In this document: positions 48,854 to 61,734 of the stretch, piece by piece
Layout: each line of letters starts with the position of its first letter
How positions within the stretch are numbered: position 1 is the first letter of the stretch
Assembly (NCBI RefSeq): GCF_964194155.1
Contig: NC_135888.1
Coordinates: 116,622,001 to 116,686,000 of the forward strand
From: Cetorhinus maximus
Lineage: Eukaryota
DNA length: 64,000 nucleotides
Direction: 5' to 3'
Made by a program: the position numbers and the translations under genes
Notes under the pieces: model-generated
The model's database searches: none
What the model was told of the DNA's origin: nothing
Seen by the model: only the letters and a program-made list of their open reading frames with translations

Positions 48854-51800
48854 GGGAGGCGATGGCGTAGTGGTATTGACGCTGGACTAGTAATCCAGAG
48901 ACCCAGGGTAATGCACTGGGGACCCGGGTTCGAATCCGGCCATGGCAGAGGATGGAATTTGAATTCAATTTAAAAAAAATCTGGAATTAGAAGTGCAATT
49001 GTGACCATGACACCGTCGATTGTTGTAAAAACCCTAATGGTCCTTTAGGGAAGGAAATCTGTCATTCTTACCTGGTCTGGCCTACATGAGACTCCAGACC
49101 CACAGCTATGTGGTTGACTCTTAAGTGCCCTCTGAATTGTAACAAACCGCTATAAAGACACAAAAAAGGAATGAAACCGGAGGGACTACCGGGCATCAAC
49201 CTAAGCACCGGAAACGACAACGGCAATCGAAAGCCTGTCGACCCTGCAAAGTCCTCCTTACTGGGGGCTAGTGCCAAAATTGGGAGAGCTGTCTCCCAGA
49301 CTAGTCAAGCAACAGCCTGATATAGTCATCCTCACGGAATCATACCTTACAGATAACGTCCCAGACTCCACAATCACCATCTCTAGCTATGTCATGCCCC
49401 ACCAGCAGGACAGATCCAGCAAAGGCGGCGGCACAGTGGTATACAGTCGGGAGGGAGTTGCTCTGGCAGTCCTCAACATCGACTCCAGATCCCAGGAAGT
49501 CTCATGGCATCAGGCTAAATATGGGCAAGGAAACCTCCTGCTGATTACCACGTACCACCCTCCCTCAGCTGATGAATCAGTGCTCCTCCATGTTGAACAT
49601 CACTTGGAGGTGACACTGAGGGTGGCAAGGGCGCAGAATGTTCTCAGGGTGGGGGACTTCAATGTCCTTCACCAAGAGTGGCTCGGCAGCACCACTACTG
49701 ACCAAACTGGCCGAGTCCTAAATGGCTCTGCGGCAGGTGGTGAGGTAACCAACAAGAAGGAAAAGCATACTTGCCCTCATCCTCATCAACCTGCCTGCCA
49801 CAGATGCATCTGTCTATGACAGTATCAGTAGGAGTGACCACCGCACAGTCATTACAGAGATTAAGTCCCGTCTTCACATTGAGGATACCCTCCATTGTGT
49901 TGTGTGGCACTACCGCCGTGCTAAATTAGATAGATTTTAAACAGATCTAGTAACTCAAGACTGGGCAACCATGAGACGCTGTGGGCCATCGGCAGCAGCA
50001 GAACTGTACTCGAACACAATCTGTAACCTCATGGCCCGGCATATCCCCCACTCTACCATTACCATCAAGCCAAGGGATCAACCCTGGTTCAATGAAGAGT
50101 GCAGGAGGGCATGCCAGGAGCAGCACCAGGCATACCTAAAAATGAGGTGTCAACCTGGTGAAGCTATAAACAGGACTACTTGTGTGTCAAACAGCATAAG
50201 CAGCAAGTGATAGACGGAGCTGAGCGATCCCACAACCAACTGATCAGGTCTAAGCTCTGCAGTCCTGCCACATCCAGTCGTGAATGGCGGTGGACAATTA
50301 AACAACTCACTGGAGGAGGTGGCTCCACAAATATCCCCATCCTCAATGATGGAGGAGCCCAGCACAACAGTCCAAAAGATAAAGCTGAAGCATTCGCAAC
50401 AATCTTCAGCCAGAAGTGCCGAGTGGATGATCCATCTCGGCCTCCTCCTCCTCCGGGGGTCCCTGGCATCACAGATGCCATTCTTCAGCCAATTCAATTC
50501 ACTCCATGTGATATCAAGAAATGGCTGAAGGCACTGGATACTGCAAAAGTTATGGGCCCTGACAAAGTTCTAGCAATGGCACTGAAGACTTGTGCTTCAG
50601 AACTTGCTGCGCCCCTAGCCAAGCTTTTCCAGTACAGCTACAACACTGGCATCGACACAGCAATGTGGAAAAGTGCCCAGGTATGTCCTGTACATAAAAA
50701 GCAGGACAAATCCAACCTGGCCAATTGCCGCTCCATCAGTCAAGATCATCAGTAAAGTAATGAAAAGGGGTCATCAACAGTGCTATCAAGTGGCACTTGT
50801 TCAGCAATAACCTGCTCACTGATGCCCAGTTTGGTTTCCGCCAGGGCCACTCAACTCCTGACCTTGTTAAAGCCTTGGTTCAAACATGGACAAAAGAACT
50901 GAACTCCCGAAGTGAGGTGAGAGTGAATGCCCTTGACATCAATGCAGCATTTGACTGAGTGTGGCATCAAGGAGCCCTAGCAAAACTGGAGTCAATGGGA
51001 ATCAGGGGGAAAACTCTCCACTGGTTGAAGTCATACTTAGCACAAAGGAAGATGGTCGTGGCTGTTGGAGGTCAGTCATCTCAGCTCCAGGACATCACTG
51101 CAGGAGTTCCTCAGGATAGTGTCCTAAGCCCAACCATTTTCAGCTGCTTCATCAATGACCTTCTTTCCATCATAAGGTCAGAAGTAGGAATGTTCGCTGA
51201 TGATTGCACAATGTTCAGCACCATTTGCGACTCCTCAGATCTGAAGCAGCCCATGTAGCAAGACCTGGGCAATATCCAGGCTTGGGCTGACAAGTGGCAA
51301 GTAACATTCGTACCATACAAGTGTCAGGCAATGACCATCTCCAACAATAGAGAATCCAACCTTGATGTTCAATGGCATTACCATCACTGAATCCCCCATT
51401 CTCAACATCCTGGGAGTTACCATTGACCAGAAACTGAACTGGACTAGCCATATATAAATACTGAGGCTACAAGAGCAGGTCAGAGGCTAGGAATCCTGCG
51501 ACGAGTAACTCACCTTCTGACTCCTCAAAGCCTGTCCGCCCTACAAGGCACAAGTCAGGAGTATGATGGAATACTCCCCATTTGCCTGGATGAGTGCAGC
51601 TCCCACAACACTGAAGAAGCTGGACACCGTCCAGGACAAAGCAGTCTGCTTGATTGGCACTACATTCACAAACATTCACTCCCTCCGCCACCAACGTACA
51701 GTAGCAACAGTGTGTACCATCTACAAGATGCACTGCAGGAATTCACCAAGGGTCCTTCAACAGCACTTTCCAAACCCATGGCCTACCACCTAGGAGGACA

Positions 51801-52072
51801 AGGGCAGCAGATAGATGGAAACACCACCACCTGGAAGTTCCCCTCCAAGTCACTCACCACCCTGACTTGGAAATATATTGCCATTCCTTTACTGTCACTG
51901 GGTCAAAATCCTGGAACTCACTTCCTAACAGCACTGTGGATGTACCTACACCACATGGGCTGCATCGGTTCAAGGCGGCAGCTTACTACCACCTTTTCAA
52001 GGACAACTAGGGATGGACAATAAATGCTGGCCCAGCCAGCGAGGCCCACATCCTGTGAATGAATAAACAAAA
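48854..52072 (+). mobile_element. Near full-length non-LTR retrotransposon (CR1/L2 group, Zenon-like C-terminus): tRNA-derived head, short core, then APE-RT ORF with no ORF1
   Basis: Pol III box A TGGCGTAGTGG (48863-48873) and box B GGTTCGAATCC (48927-48937). APE motifs PDIVILTES, GGGTVVY, VGDFN, SDH; RT motifs GPD, QFGFR, LDI..AFD, VPQDSVL, FADD; C-terminal YKAQVRSMMEY..W. Ends gaatgaataaacaaaa. Several frameshifts and stops. Confidence 0.93.
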
Positions 52073-53094
52073 TCTCAAAGTTCTCCCAAGAATCATTACT
52101 ACCAATACTGCTTTATTCTATTTCTGAATTATACACTACCTTCTTGGCTAGCTCACCACCACCACTAACTCTGAGGCTTGATTAATCGATTACTCATTTA
52201 AATGGTCACAGCTAGCAACCGAATTTGCACAAAAACACATATGATCAGTCACAACTTCCTTTACATCTGGTAAGAATATGACAGTTCACATGGTCTCCTT
52301 CTGTGCTGTAACCCATTCTGTGATGCTTACTTCCTAGTGCTTTCCTACATTCTAATAATAGTCTGGGGAGAAAGAAAAAAGTAAGACTTGCATTTATGTA
52401 GCATCTTGCAAGACCTCAGGATGTCCCAATGTACTTTACAACCAATTAAATATTCTGTGAAGTATTGTTCTTTGAAGTAACAGAAAGGGCTAAATACTGC
52501 GGTTGATGTGTATGGTCTTTCAAAATGCATTTGATCAAGAATCATATTATAAACTTGTTAGCAAAACTATGGGATTAAAGGGGCAATGCCAGCGTGAATA
52601 CAAAATTGGCTATGAACTAGAAAGCAGTGTACACACGCTTCTCAGACTGAAGAAACTACACACAGTGGTGTTCCTCACTCTTTTCGATGTAGACAATTCC
52701 ACAGTTGGCAGATGATTAATGAAACTCAAATGTAGCAAACAGTTAGGGGGATAGTGACAAACTTCAGGAGGACAGACTGGTGAAATGGAAGGATACATGG
52801 CAGATGCAATTTAACACAGAAAAGTATGAAATTATGCATTTTGGTATGAAGAATGAGGAGCACCAACATAAACTAAACCATACAATTTATAGCTAAGAGA
52901 GGCCAGAGATGTGCATACACAAATAAACTGTTTTACCCTCTCATCTGAACTATGACAACAGCATTCCCTTGGCACTGCACTGGGAGAGTCAGCCTTGTCT
53001 GCATACTCAAAACCTTAAGTGTGACTTTATCCAACCCATTAAAAAAACCTTTCTACATCACACCACTGACCACCTCTAAGGAGAGTCTGACCAC

Positions 53095-53435
53095 TTTCCC
53101 ATGACATTTGATGGCATAACTATCAGATTCCTCATTTAACATCCTGGGAGTTACTAACCAGAAACTCAAGTGGGCCAGCCATATAGATGCCAGTGCTACT
53201 GGAGCAGGTCAGAGGCTGGGTATTCTGAGGCAAGTGGCACATCAGAATTCAAGGGAATACTCTTCACTTGCCTGGATGAGTGCAGCTTCAACAAACACTC
53301 ATGAAGCTTGACACTATCCAGCACAAAGCTGTTCACTTGATCGGTACCCCATCCACTGGCTTAAAACACATTCCCTCCACCATTGGTGCGTTGCAGTTGC
53401 AATGTGGACTATATACAGAATGCACTGCAGCAACC
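53095..53435 (+). mobile_element. Decayed RT C-terminal fragment of the same LINE family
   Basis: Colinear with 51360-51740 (aacatcctgggagttac, gagcaggtcagaggct, gcctggatgagtgcagct). Confidence 0.8.
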
Positions 53436-54280
53436 TGTTTCTAATGCATTTACATCTTTCCTTAAATAAAATGGCCAATACTGTATACAGTGCTCCACAA
53501 GCCACAAACTCTTTTGCTTTTAAATGCTGTTTCTTTCATGCAAACAACCAATTCCATTTTAAAATAATAAATTCTTCCCAAACAGTTTGTGGCACAGAAT
53601 TTCTATTCCAACAATCCTCTGTTCAAAGATATAGTTCTGAAAATCTTCCTTAATTTGCTATGATTATCTCATTACAATCTCATTAACCAGTGAAAACAAT
53701 CCATCACTATTTACCTTATCACAATCCCTTGGCTTGAAGGCCTCTTTTAAGTCATAAGGGAATAAAGTCACCACTAATTTATAGCTCTGATAAAAAAATA
53801 CAAGCCTTAGAAGTTCAACATACCTCCTTTTTTTGTATTCTGATACAAAACTAATGATAAAAAGTCATCGAATGGCCTATCTACTGCCATCTTGTACCTT
53901 TGCTTTATTTAAAATCTGACCAATTAAGCTATATTTTCTTACCAAATATAACACTATACTTCCACTCTTGTTACATTAAGCTGCATCTGCCATCACCCAG
54001 CCTGCAAGTCCATGTCTCCTCCTGTTTTTCACAATCCTCATCACAATTAGCTATGCCCCCTAACTTGATGCCATCAGAAAATGTCAACATTGCTGCCCCT
54101 CTTAATTTCCAAGTTCACTTCATTTGTGTATGGAGTAAGTTTAGATCAATACAGGCCTCTACAAAACAGCAATCACAACAGTCCAGTCCAAGAAACTTCC
54201 TTTTACTCCTGCTCTTTGATTCCACCCCCAGGCACCTCTATCCAGGTAGACATACTTCTCCCCCAGGTACCTCTCTGTCA

Positions 54281-54677
54281 AGGGAGAGGCAGTGGCATAG
54301 TGGTATTGTCACTGGACCAGTATTCTAGAGGCCCAGGGGGCTTGGGTTCAAATCCCATCATAGCAGATGGTGAAATGGTCAATAAAAATCTGGAATTAAA
54401 AGTCTGATGATGACCACTATACTACTGCCTAATGTCCTTTAGGAAAGGAAATCTGCTGGTCTGGCCTACATGTGACTCCAGATCCGCAGTAATATAAATG
54501 CCCTCTGAAATGACCTAGCAAGCCACTCAGTTGTGGTCAATAAAAAGGAGCAAAACCAGACAGGCCACCTAGGCACCGGAAACAACTGACACCACAGGGG
54601 CTGCAGCGGTTCAAGACAGCAGCTCACCACCAGGGCAATAAATGCCCACATCCCATAAATAAAATGAATTAAAAAAC
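54281..54677 (+). mobile_element. Internally deleted derivative of the tRNA-headed LINE (head, core, linker, 3' tail)
   Basis: Box A tggcatagtgg, box B ggttcaaatcc, core, linker 'cctaggcaccggaaacaac', then directly the LINE 3' end 'caccacaggggctgcagcggttcaagacagcagctcaccac...cccacatccca' and an A-rich tail. Confidence 0.82.
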
Positions 54678-55379
54678 TGCCAGCCAGTCTTCTATCCATA
54701 CTCCTTTCATTTTCCGCAATAACCTTCGATTTTTGCCTTGGCTTTGGGGAGTTACTCTCTGCAGAATTCCCAACCTTTGACCTACTCTTGTAGCCACAGT
54801 ATTTATATGGCTGGTCCAGTTCAGTTTCTGGTCGATGGCAACCCCCAGGATGTTGATTACAACATAGGTTAGCTCAGTCCTGAAATTCCACGGGCAAGTA
54901 CATCATCTTGGAGTCACTTTTGTCCCCTCAAAAACGCTGCTCATGAAAATGGATAGCCCTGTACATAAATGGCCATGGAGAAGTAATCCACCCTGTCTTC
55001 TAAACGCTGGAGGAGTGGCACAAAACAGAATGGTGTGAAGCTGCTGCTGAGTCCAAAGTGATCTAAGCAAAAGGGAAACCAAACTTTGCAGAGAGCAAGT
55101 GAATCAGAGTGAGTATATAACCCATGAAAAGGACAGCAACATAACTTGTATATGCAATTATGTATTTAATCGATGGCGCCAGTGTGCAATCAAATTTACC
55201 TTTCAACCACCAAGCTGAACTTCGAAGCAGTTCTCTATAGTTCCGAAAAAAATGAATCATAAATAAGTGAAATCAAGAAATGGGTCCTTAGAATCACTTT
55301 CAACTACACTTTACTTTCTTGGGTAGACCTGTGCTTTGAATACAATCAACCCAATCTGCTAGACTTTACTGCTACTGAC

Positions 55380-56125
55380 CTAGACTATTTCTTGATTACC
55401 AAAAATTTACAATAAAGCAACAGAACAATAGGTCAAGGAACAAATTGGGAGCAAGCTATCTTATATCTAACATTGTATAATGAGACAGGGCTAATTTGTA
55501 ATCTTATGTTAAAGGATCCTTTGGGGAAGAGTGGTCATACGATGAATTTCATAGAGCTCGAGTGTGATGAGTTTAACTTCAAAACTAGGTTCTCAAATTG
55601 CCACAAAATTTACACGGCAAGCCAGTTGACCAAGGTTGATTAGGAAACCAGATTAAAAAGTATGACATTAGATAAGCAATGGTGGACAAAATAATTCATA
55701 ATGCTCAATGAACATGCATTTCCCTTGAGGAACTAAAAACTCTATGGGATAAGTGGTCCAATCATAACTAACTGGGAAGTTAAAGGATATTGTTGGATTA
55801 AATGGGGCTTATAATGTTGCCAAAAAAGAGAGGCTGGTAAGCCTGACTACTTGCAGGGTTTTAAAGATCCAAGAGTGATCAAGAAGCTGATAAAGAAGGA
55901 GAAAATAGAATCAGAGAGTAATCTAGCAAAAAAATGATTGTAAGAGCTTCTACAAGCATGTGAAAAGGAATAGACTGGCAAAATTAAACTTGGCTCCTTT
56001 AGAGGGAAGGGTAGGAAGAATTATCACGCGGAATAAGGAAATGTTAAACAAGGAGAGGGCAGAAAAGTAGAGTTCTGTCATGATCTTGCTGAATAGCAGA
56101 GGAGCCGTGTGGCTTACTCCAGTTT
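55380..56125 (+). mobile_element. Highly decayed CR1 fragment
   Basis: 'ccttggggaagagtggtcat' (LG.SDH-like), 'aagagcttctacaagcatgtgaaaaggaa' similar to 36170-36200, and a CR1 3' end remnant. Confidence 0.6.
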
Positions 56126-56147
56126 AGATCATCTTAATCCAACGGTA

Positions 56148-56566
56148 CAGGTTGTGAATCTTTTATCTATAAATCCAAAATCTGAACATCCAAAAACTGC
56201 ATTTTTTTTGAACCGCATCAATCTTTACGCGAAAAGTCTGTGACCTGAGCAGACATGAACCTCACCAACTGCACCTGGCCTTTAACGCAGGAAGTCTAGT
56301 TGTTTATCCACACTGTTTACCTTGTGAACTCTCTCCTACAAACAGAATCGCAGATGGTGCCACGGGTGGGAACTTATTACCGGTACCTGTATTTATTATT
56401 CAGTGGTACATCTTATTTTTCTAACCATTTACTTTAAACTATAGCTAGCCTAGGCTTCGGCCATTGTAATGTAATTAGGCCTAGGCCTATATGTGATATC
56501 TGAAAACCGAAATTATCTGAAATCCAAAATGCAATTGGCCCCGATGGTTTCGGATAAACTAACTAT
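56148..56566. mobile_element. Tigger4/MER46-like MITE
   Basis: Starts TA|caggttg...aaatccaaaatctgaa and ends 'tctgaaatccaaaatgcaattggccccgatggtttcggataa'; resembles Tigger4 (Zombi) termini as I recall them. Confidence 0.6.
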
Positions 56567-57059
56567 ATTCTGATTTGATCCTTCTCCCATTTTTCACCTT
56601 ATTCAATTCATAACATGCAGCTCTATTAAACTTTGATCCAATCTGTGTTGCTTAAAATGACTGACATTCACTGTTGAGCATCCCTTTTTTCATCAGTTGG
56701 CTCTGAAAAGGTATCTAACAGTGCATTTTTTTTAAATGTTTATCCGAACACAAGAATTGTGTTTGATTTCCCATTAGGTGCCCACAATCTTTGAAAAATA
56801 TTCAAAGCAACTTTCAAGTCTTGTAAGAGTCTGGTGAACATTTATGGAGTATCACTTTTTAAAATTCATTCACAGATTCGGGTGTCGCTGGCAAGGTGAA
56901 TTATTGCTAATTCCCAAATGCCTGAGAATTTGGTGGTAAGCCACCGTCTTGAATGGCTGCAGCCTGTCTGGTGAAGATACTGCCACAGTACTGTTAGTTA
57001 CGGAATTCTAGGATTTTGACTCTGTAGCAGTGAAGGAATGTAGGATTGGAATCCACTCA

Positions 57060-57990
57060 TCAGATTCCATACCTTTGCCTTTGTTTCCCACCACCTCCCC
57101 CCACCCCCACCAATCTGGCAAATTCTTTATGCTTCAGATAATTATCCAATTCTCTTCTGAAAGCCTTGATTGAATTTGCCTCCACTATGCTCTCAGGTAG
57201 ACCATTCCAGATCCTAACCACATGCCGCATAAAAATGTTTTCATGTCACCGTTGCTTCTTTTGCCAATCATCTTAAATCGCTGTCCTTTGGTTCTTGACC
57301 ATTCCACCAATGGGAACAGTTTCTTCCATGCACTTTATTCAGACCCCTCATGATTTTGAAAACTCTAACAAATCTCCTCTTAACCTTCTCTTCTCCAAGG
57401 AGGCCAGCCCCAGCTTCTCCAATCTATCCATGTAAATGGTTCTAGGGATGAGGAGCTTACGAATTCTTCTGTACTCCCTCGATTGCCTTCACCTCCTTCC
57501 TAAAGTGTGGTGCCCAGCATTGGACACAATATTCCAGTTAATGCCGAACCAGGGTTTTTAAATACAGGTTCATTATAACTTGCTTGCTTTTGCGCTCCAT
57601 GCCCCTATATATAAAGCCAGGATCTTGTATGCTTTATTAACTTTCGCAAACTGCCAGCTTCAATCATTTGTGCACATATAATCTCAAGTCCCTCTGTTCC
57701 TGCACTCCCTTTAGAATTATATCCTTAATTTTATATTGATCTCTTCGTTCTTCCTACTGAAACAAATCACCTCACATTTCTCTGCATTAAATTTCAGTTG
57801 ACACTTGCCCACACATGCAATCAGTCTAAGTGCTTTGATGTTTAGCCTATCCTCCTCACAGTTCACAATTTTGCATTAATTTTGAAATTGTGCCCTGTAC
57901 ACTAAAGTCTAGGTTATTAACAAAGATCATTAAAACAGTGGTCCTAACACCAAACCTTGGGGAACCTCACTATATATATCTTCCAGTCAG
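57060..57990 (-). mobile_element. CR1 LINE 3' part, continuing at 61735-62255 beyond the Penelope insertion
   Basis: Reverse complement of the CR1 RT C-terminus (LEYCVQCWAP; 'ccccaaggtttggtgttaggacc' = PQG.VLG). Confidence 0.8.
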
Positions 57991-57991
57991 T

Positions 57992-58690
57992 AGTACAGAA
58001 CTTGAATTTTACTGAAAACAGACATTTTGTTTTGTACACATTAGGACAATCACAAGAATACTAATTTAAGGGGAAGCAACAACTTTATCTGTACGAGAAG
58101 AGAGTGCTGATTGGTTGGCAAGTGGGCTCTGATTGGCAGAGACATTGCCATGGAGAATGCACCAGTTAATGGTGATTGACAGTTAAAAGTCAAGCATTGT
58201 TTGAAATTTAAACCAGGCAGCTTGACCCTGATTGGTCAAGACATTGCCCTGAGGAATGAACCAGCAAATTGCTATCACTTTTGTTCAGCTAAAACAAACA
58301 CGATATAGATACATGTTCTTTCTGTCTGCAAAGAACAGGGCCGTGTATTAATATATGTAGCTTCCAGTACAAGCAAATGTGCCACACTGCAAGCCCAACT
58401 GATAATCTTAAATTGGTTGTCAGCATAATTTTTAGCACAATGAAGGTTATTTAGCAAATGTTGCCCAATTGCAGAATCACATCTAATGTTGGGCACTGTT
58501 TTGAGTTTTGCAAGCATGGGCTGGTTGGGTACCTTGCCCATTGCAAACAGCAGAAGGGACATGCAGTTTGATACGATCCACCAGTTTTTGGGACATATGG
58601 CCTACATACCTAGCATCACACTGACACTGAAATTCATATGCCACATTTGTGAGATGGCGGGAACGTCTTTTTGGCTTAATCCTGAACAGT
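57992..58690 (-). mobile_element. Penelope-like element 3' end (GIY-YIG), same family as 18690
   Basis: YEFQCQCDARYVGH, SAIGQHLLNN, LEATYI; colinear with 18690-19400. Confidence 0.9.
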
Positions 58691-58699
58691 CTTGACAAG

Positions 58700-59970
58700 G
58701 TGGTATTTACAATATATATTAATGACTTGGATGAGGGAAATGAATGTACTATTGCCAAGTTTGGAGATAACACAAAAATAGTTGGGAAGGCAAGCAGTGA
58801 GAATGACACAGAGGGATATAGACAGGTTAAGTGAGTGGGCAAAAATGTGGCAGATGGAATATGTCGGAAAGTGTGAGGTTATGCAATTTGGCAGGAAGAA
58901 TAGAGGAGCTGCATATTATTTAAATGGAGAAAGACTGAAGAAAGCTGCAGCACAGAGGGATTTGGGATCCTCGTGCATGAATCGCAAAAAGCTAGCACAC
59001 AAGTTCAGCAGGTAATAGGGAAGGCAAATGAAATGTTAGCTTTCATTTCAAAGGGAATGGAGTATAATAATAGGGAAGGCTTGCTAAAACTATACAAGGT
59101 ACTAGTTAGGCCACACCTAGAATACCGTGAAGTTTTGGTCCCCTTATCTGAGGAAAGATATACTAGCATTGGAGGCAGTCCAGAGAAAGTTCACTAGGTT
59201 GATCCTGGGGACGGAGGGATTTTCTTATGAGGAGAGATCGAGTCGATTGGGCCTGTACTCATTGGAATTTAGAAGGATGACAGGTGACCTTATTGAAATA
59301 CATAAGATTCTTAGGGGGCTCGATAGGGTAGATGCTGAGGGGTCGTTTCCTCTTGTGGGAGAGTCTAGGACCAGAGGGCATAATCTCAGAGTAAGGGGGC
59401 GCCCACTTAAAACAGAGATGAGGAAGAATTTCTTCTCTCAGAGGGTAGTCAATCTGTGGAATTCTTTACCTCAGAGGGCTGTAGAGGCTGGGTCGCTAAG
59501 TATATTCAAGGCTGAGATAGACAGATTAAATCAGTAAAGGAATCAAGGATCAAGGGGAGAAAACAGGAAAGTGGAGCTGAGGATTATCAGATCAGCCATG
59601 ATCTCATTGAATGCCAGAACAGACTCGATGGGCCGAATGGCCTACTTCTGCTCCTACATCTTATGGACAGGTAAGGATGTTTCCTCTTGTGGGTGAGTCC
59701 AGAACTAGGGGGCATTGTTTTAAAATTAGGGGTCACCCTTATAGGGCAGAGATGAGGAGAAATCTCTTCTCCCAGAGGGTTGTGCGACTTTGGAACTTTC
59801 TGACTCAGAAGGCGGGGTCACTGAATACTTTTAAGGCAGAGGTAGTAAGAATCTAAGGTGACCAGGGTACATAGGAATGTGGAAATCAGAAGCAAACAGA
59901 TCAGCCATGATTTTATTGAATGCTGGAGCAGGCTTGAGGGGCCAAATGGCCTACGCCTGCTCCTATTTTG
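58700..59970 (+). mobile_element. CR1 LINE 3' fragment (58700-59668) followed by a second CR1 3'-end fragment (59669-59970), nested within the Penelope structure
   Basis: FTIYINDLDEG..IAKFGDNTK, RPHLEY, FFSQRVVNLWNSLP; the segment FPLVGESRTRGH...3' UTR occurs twice. Confidence 0.92.
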
Positions 59971-59974
59971 CATG

Positions 59975-60740
59975 TTGGTGCAAATACGCGGACGCAGCAA
60001 GCAGTGAGGACAAACCCTGTCAATTATATCTTGCAGCAGCTCATCACTCTTACACAAATCCAGCAAGCACCTTTTTTTGTTTTAAGCTTACTTTTGAGCA
60101 AGGCTGGCAGGTTATCTTGAACTGTAGGTCCAATGGATACAAATTTGGACCAGCCATTAAGAATGGCGTGCATTTTGTTGATTTGGTCACGCTTGTTAAG
60201 GAAATCTATTCTCGTTCCTTTGTCAGGTATATGTCCAGATTGGTCTTAAGACCTCGCAACACTAAGACATTCATGTTGCACATGAAAATCAGACAGGTCG
60301 TTCAGAAACCCGCAATGTGTGCGCTAGATCAGCTAGGCATGCATTCAACAATTCAGCATCTTCAGTGGATGCTGGTTTGTGCTTGGAGAGGAGTTAGAAC
60401 TCAGCAAATGCCTCTTCCTGTTTGGTTTTGGATGAAGGCCCACCAAAAGTGAAACCATGCGCAAGAACAAACTCCTTGCTTTCTGAGAGTATCTGGGCAG
60501 AGAGATATGTTACATGTTTAGTGGCGTTGTTAACTATGTTGTGTTATCCGCTTAAATAAGTTTATGGTGCGTACATGTTTCAAACAGGTACTGTTTATGG
60601 TGCGGTCATCTATTGAGCCAATATAGCGGGATAAACGGATCAAAATCGACAAAAGAAAGAAATCTGCACACCTCAGGCCAAGTGCAGTGTAGGGCACGGC
60701 GTGAATTAGTCAATACATGTGTTGGGATTCTTACAGTCCC
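59975..60740 (-). mobile_element. Probable Penelope N-terminal region
   Basis: Minus strand near 60490-60440 encodes ...EFVLAHGFTFG, resembling the Penelope N-terminal 'LS..E..VL..GL.F' motif; it lies between the two Penelope arms. Confidence 0.5.
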
Positions 60741-61732
60741 ACGCACTATAAGAATGGTCTTGTCAGTAACCTGATAAATAGGGCCTAAGCCATTTGTTCA
60801 CCATGCTAGCTTGATGCTAAAATAGGGCACAAAGGCATCCTGCAGGATAATGACCAACCTGATCAGATCATTTTGCGTTGTATATACTCATGAACCGACC
60901 TAAGACCGCCACTTTCAGCCCTGAACAGTGCCCAGTGTACCACAGATTAACCTGGAAGTGAAAGGTATCTCAAAAATTTGAGCAACAGGTGAAGCTAGCT
61001 ATTTCACGCTGCTATACAGTAGCAACACAAGTGGTATTTGCCACAGGATGCTGTTGTCAAACCAAAAAGTAGTAGTTCTGCCTATCTCACAAATGAGTAA
61101 TGTGGTATATGAATTTCAGTGCTAGTGTGATGTGAAATATGTAGGCCGTACATCCCAAAGACTGGTGGATCATATCAAACAGCATGTTCCTTCCGCTGTT
61201 CACAATGGGCAAGGTACAGACCATACCCAACCAGCCCATGCTTGCAAAACTCAAAACCCAGTGCCCAACATTAGAAGTGATTCTGTGATTGGACATTTGC
61301 TAAGTAACCCTCAGTGTGCTAGAATTGCACTGACAACCAATTTAAGGTCGTCAGTCAGGCTCGTAGTGTGGCGCATCTGCGCAAACTGGAAGTTACATAT
61401 TAATACCCAAGGCCCTGTTCTTTGCAGACAGAAAGAACACGTATGCACATTGCGCCTGTTTCAGCTAAACAGAATAAGTGACAGACATTTGCTGGTTCAT
61501 TTCTCAGGGCAATGTCTTTACCACAGTCAAGCTGCCTGGTTTAAAATTTCAAACAATGCTTGGCACTCAACTGTCAGTCACTATCATTGGTACATTCTCC
61601 ATGGCAACGCCTCTACCAACCAATCAGCACTCTCTTCTCATACAGTGCGAAGTTGTTGCTTCCCCTGACATTCTTGTGATCGTCGAGTGCAAGATGAAAA
61701 ACTTTGACAAAATGTCAGTTTTCAGGAATATT
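60740..61732 (+). mobile_element. Penelope-like element 3' portion, inverted relative to 57992-58690
   Basis: Colinear with 20465-21475; KYVGRTSQRLVDHIKQH and SVIGHLLSNP. Confidence 0.92.
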
Positions 61733-61734
61733 CA

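Noticed and set aside
48854-48945. tRNA gene
   Set aside because: Has A and B boxes but no convincing cloverleaf or T-run terminator, and recurs as the head of repeats at 23160 and 54281; it is a retroposon head.
59877-60452. 191-aa plus-strand ORF as a novel gene
   Set aside because: Begins in a CR1 3' UTR and runs antisense through probable Penelope sequence; no motifs.
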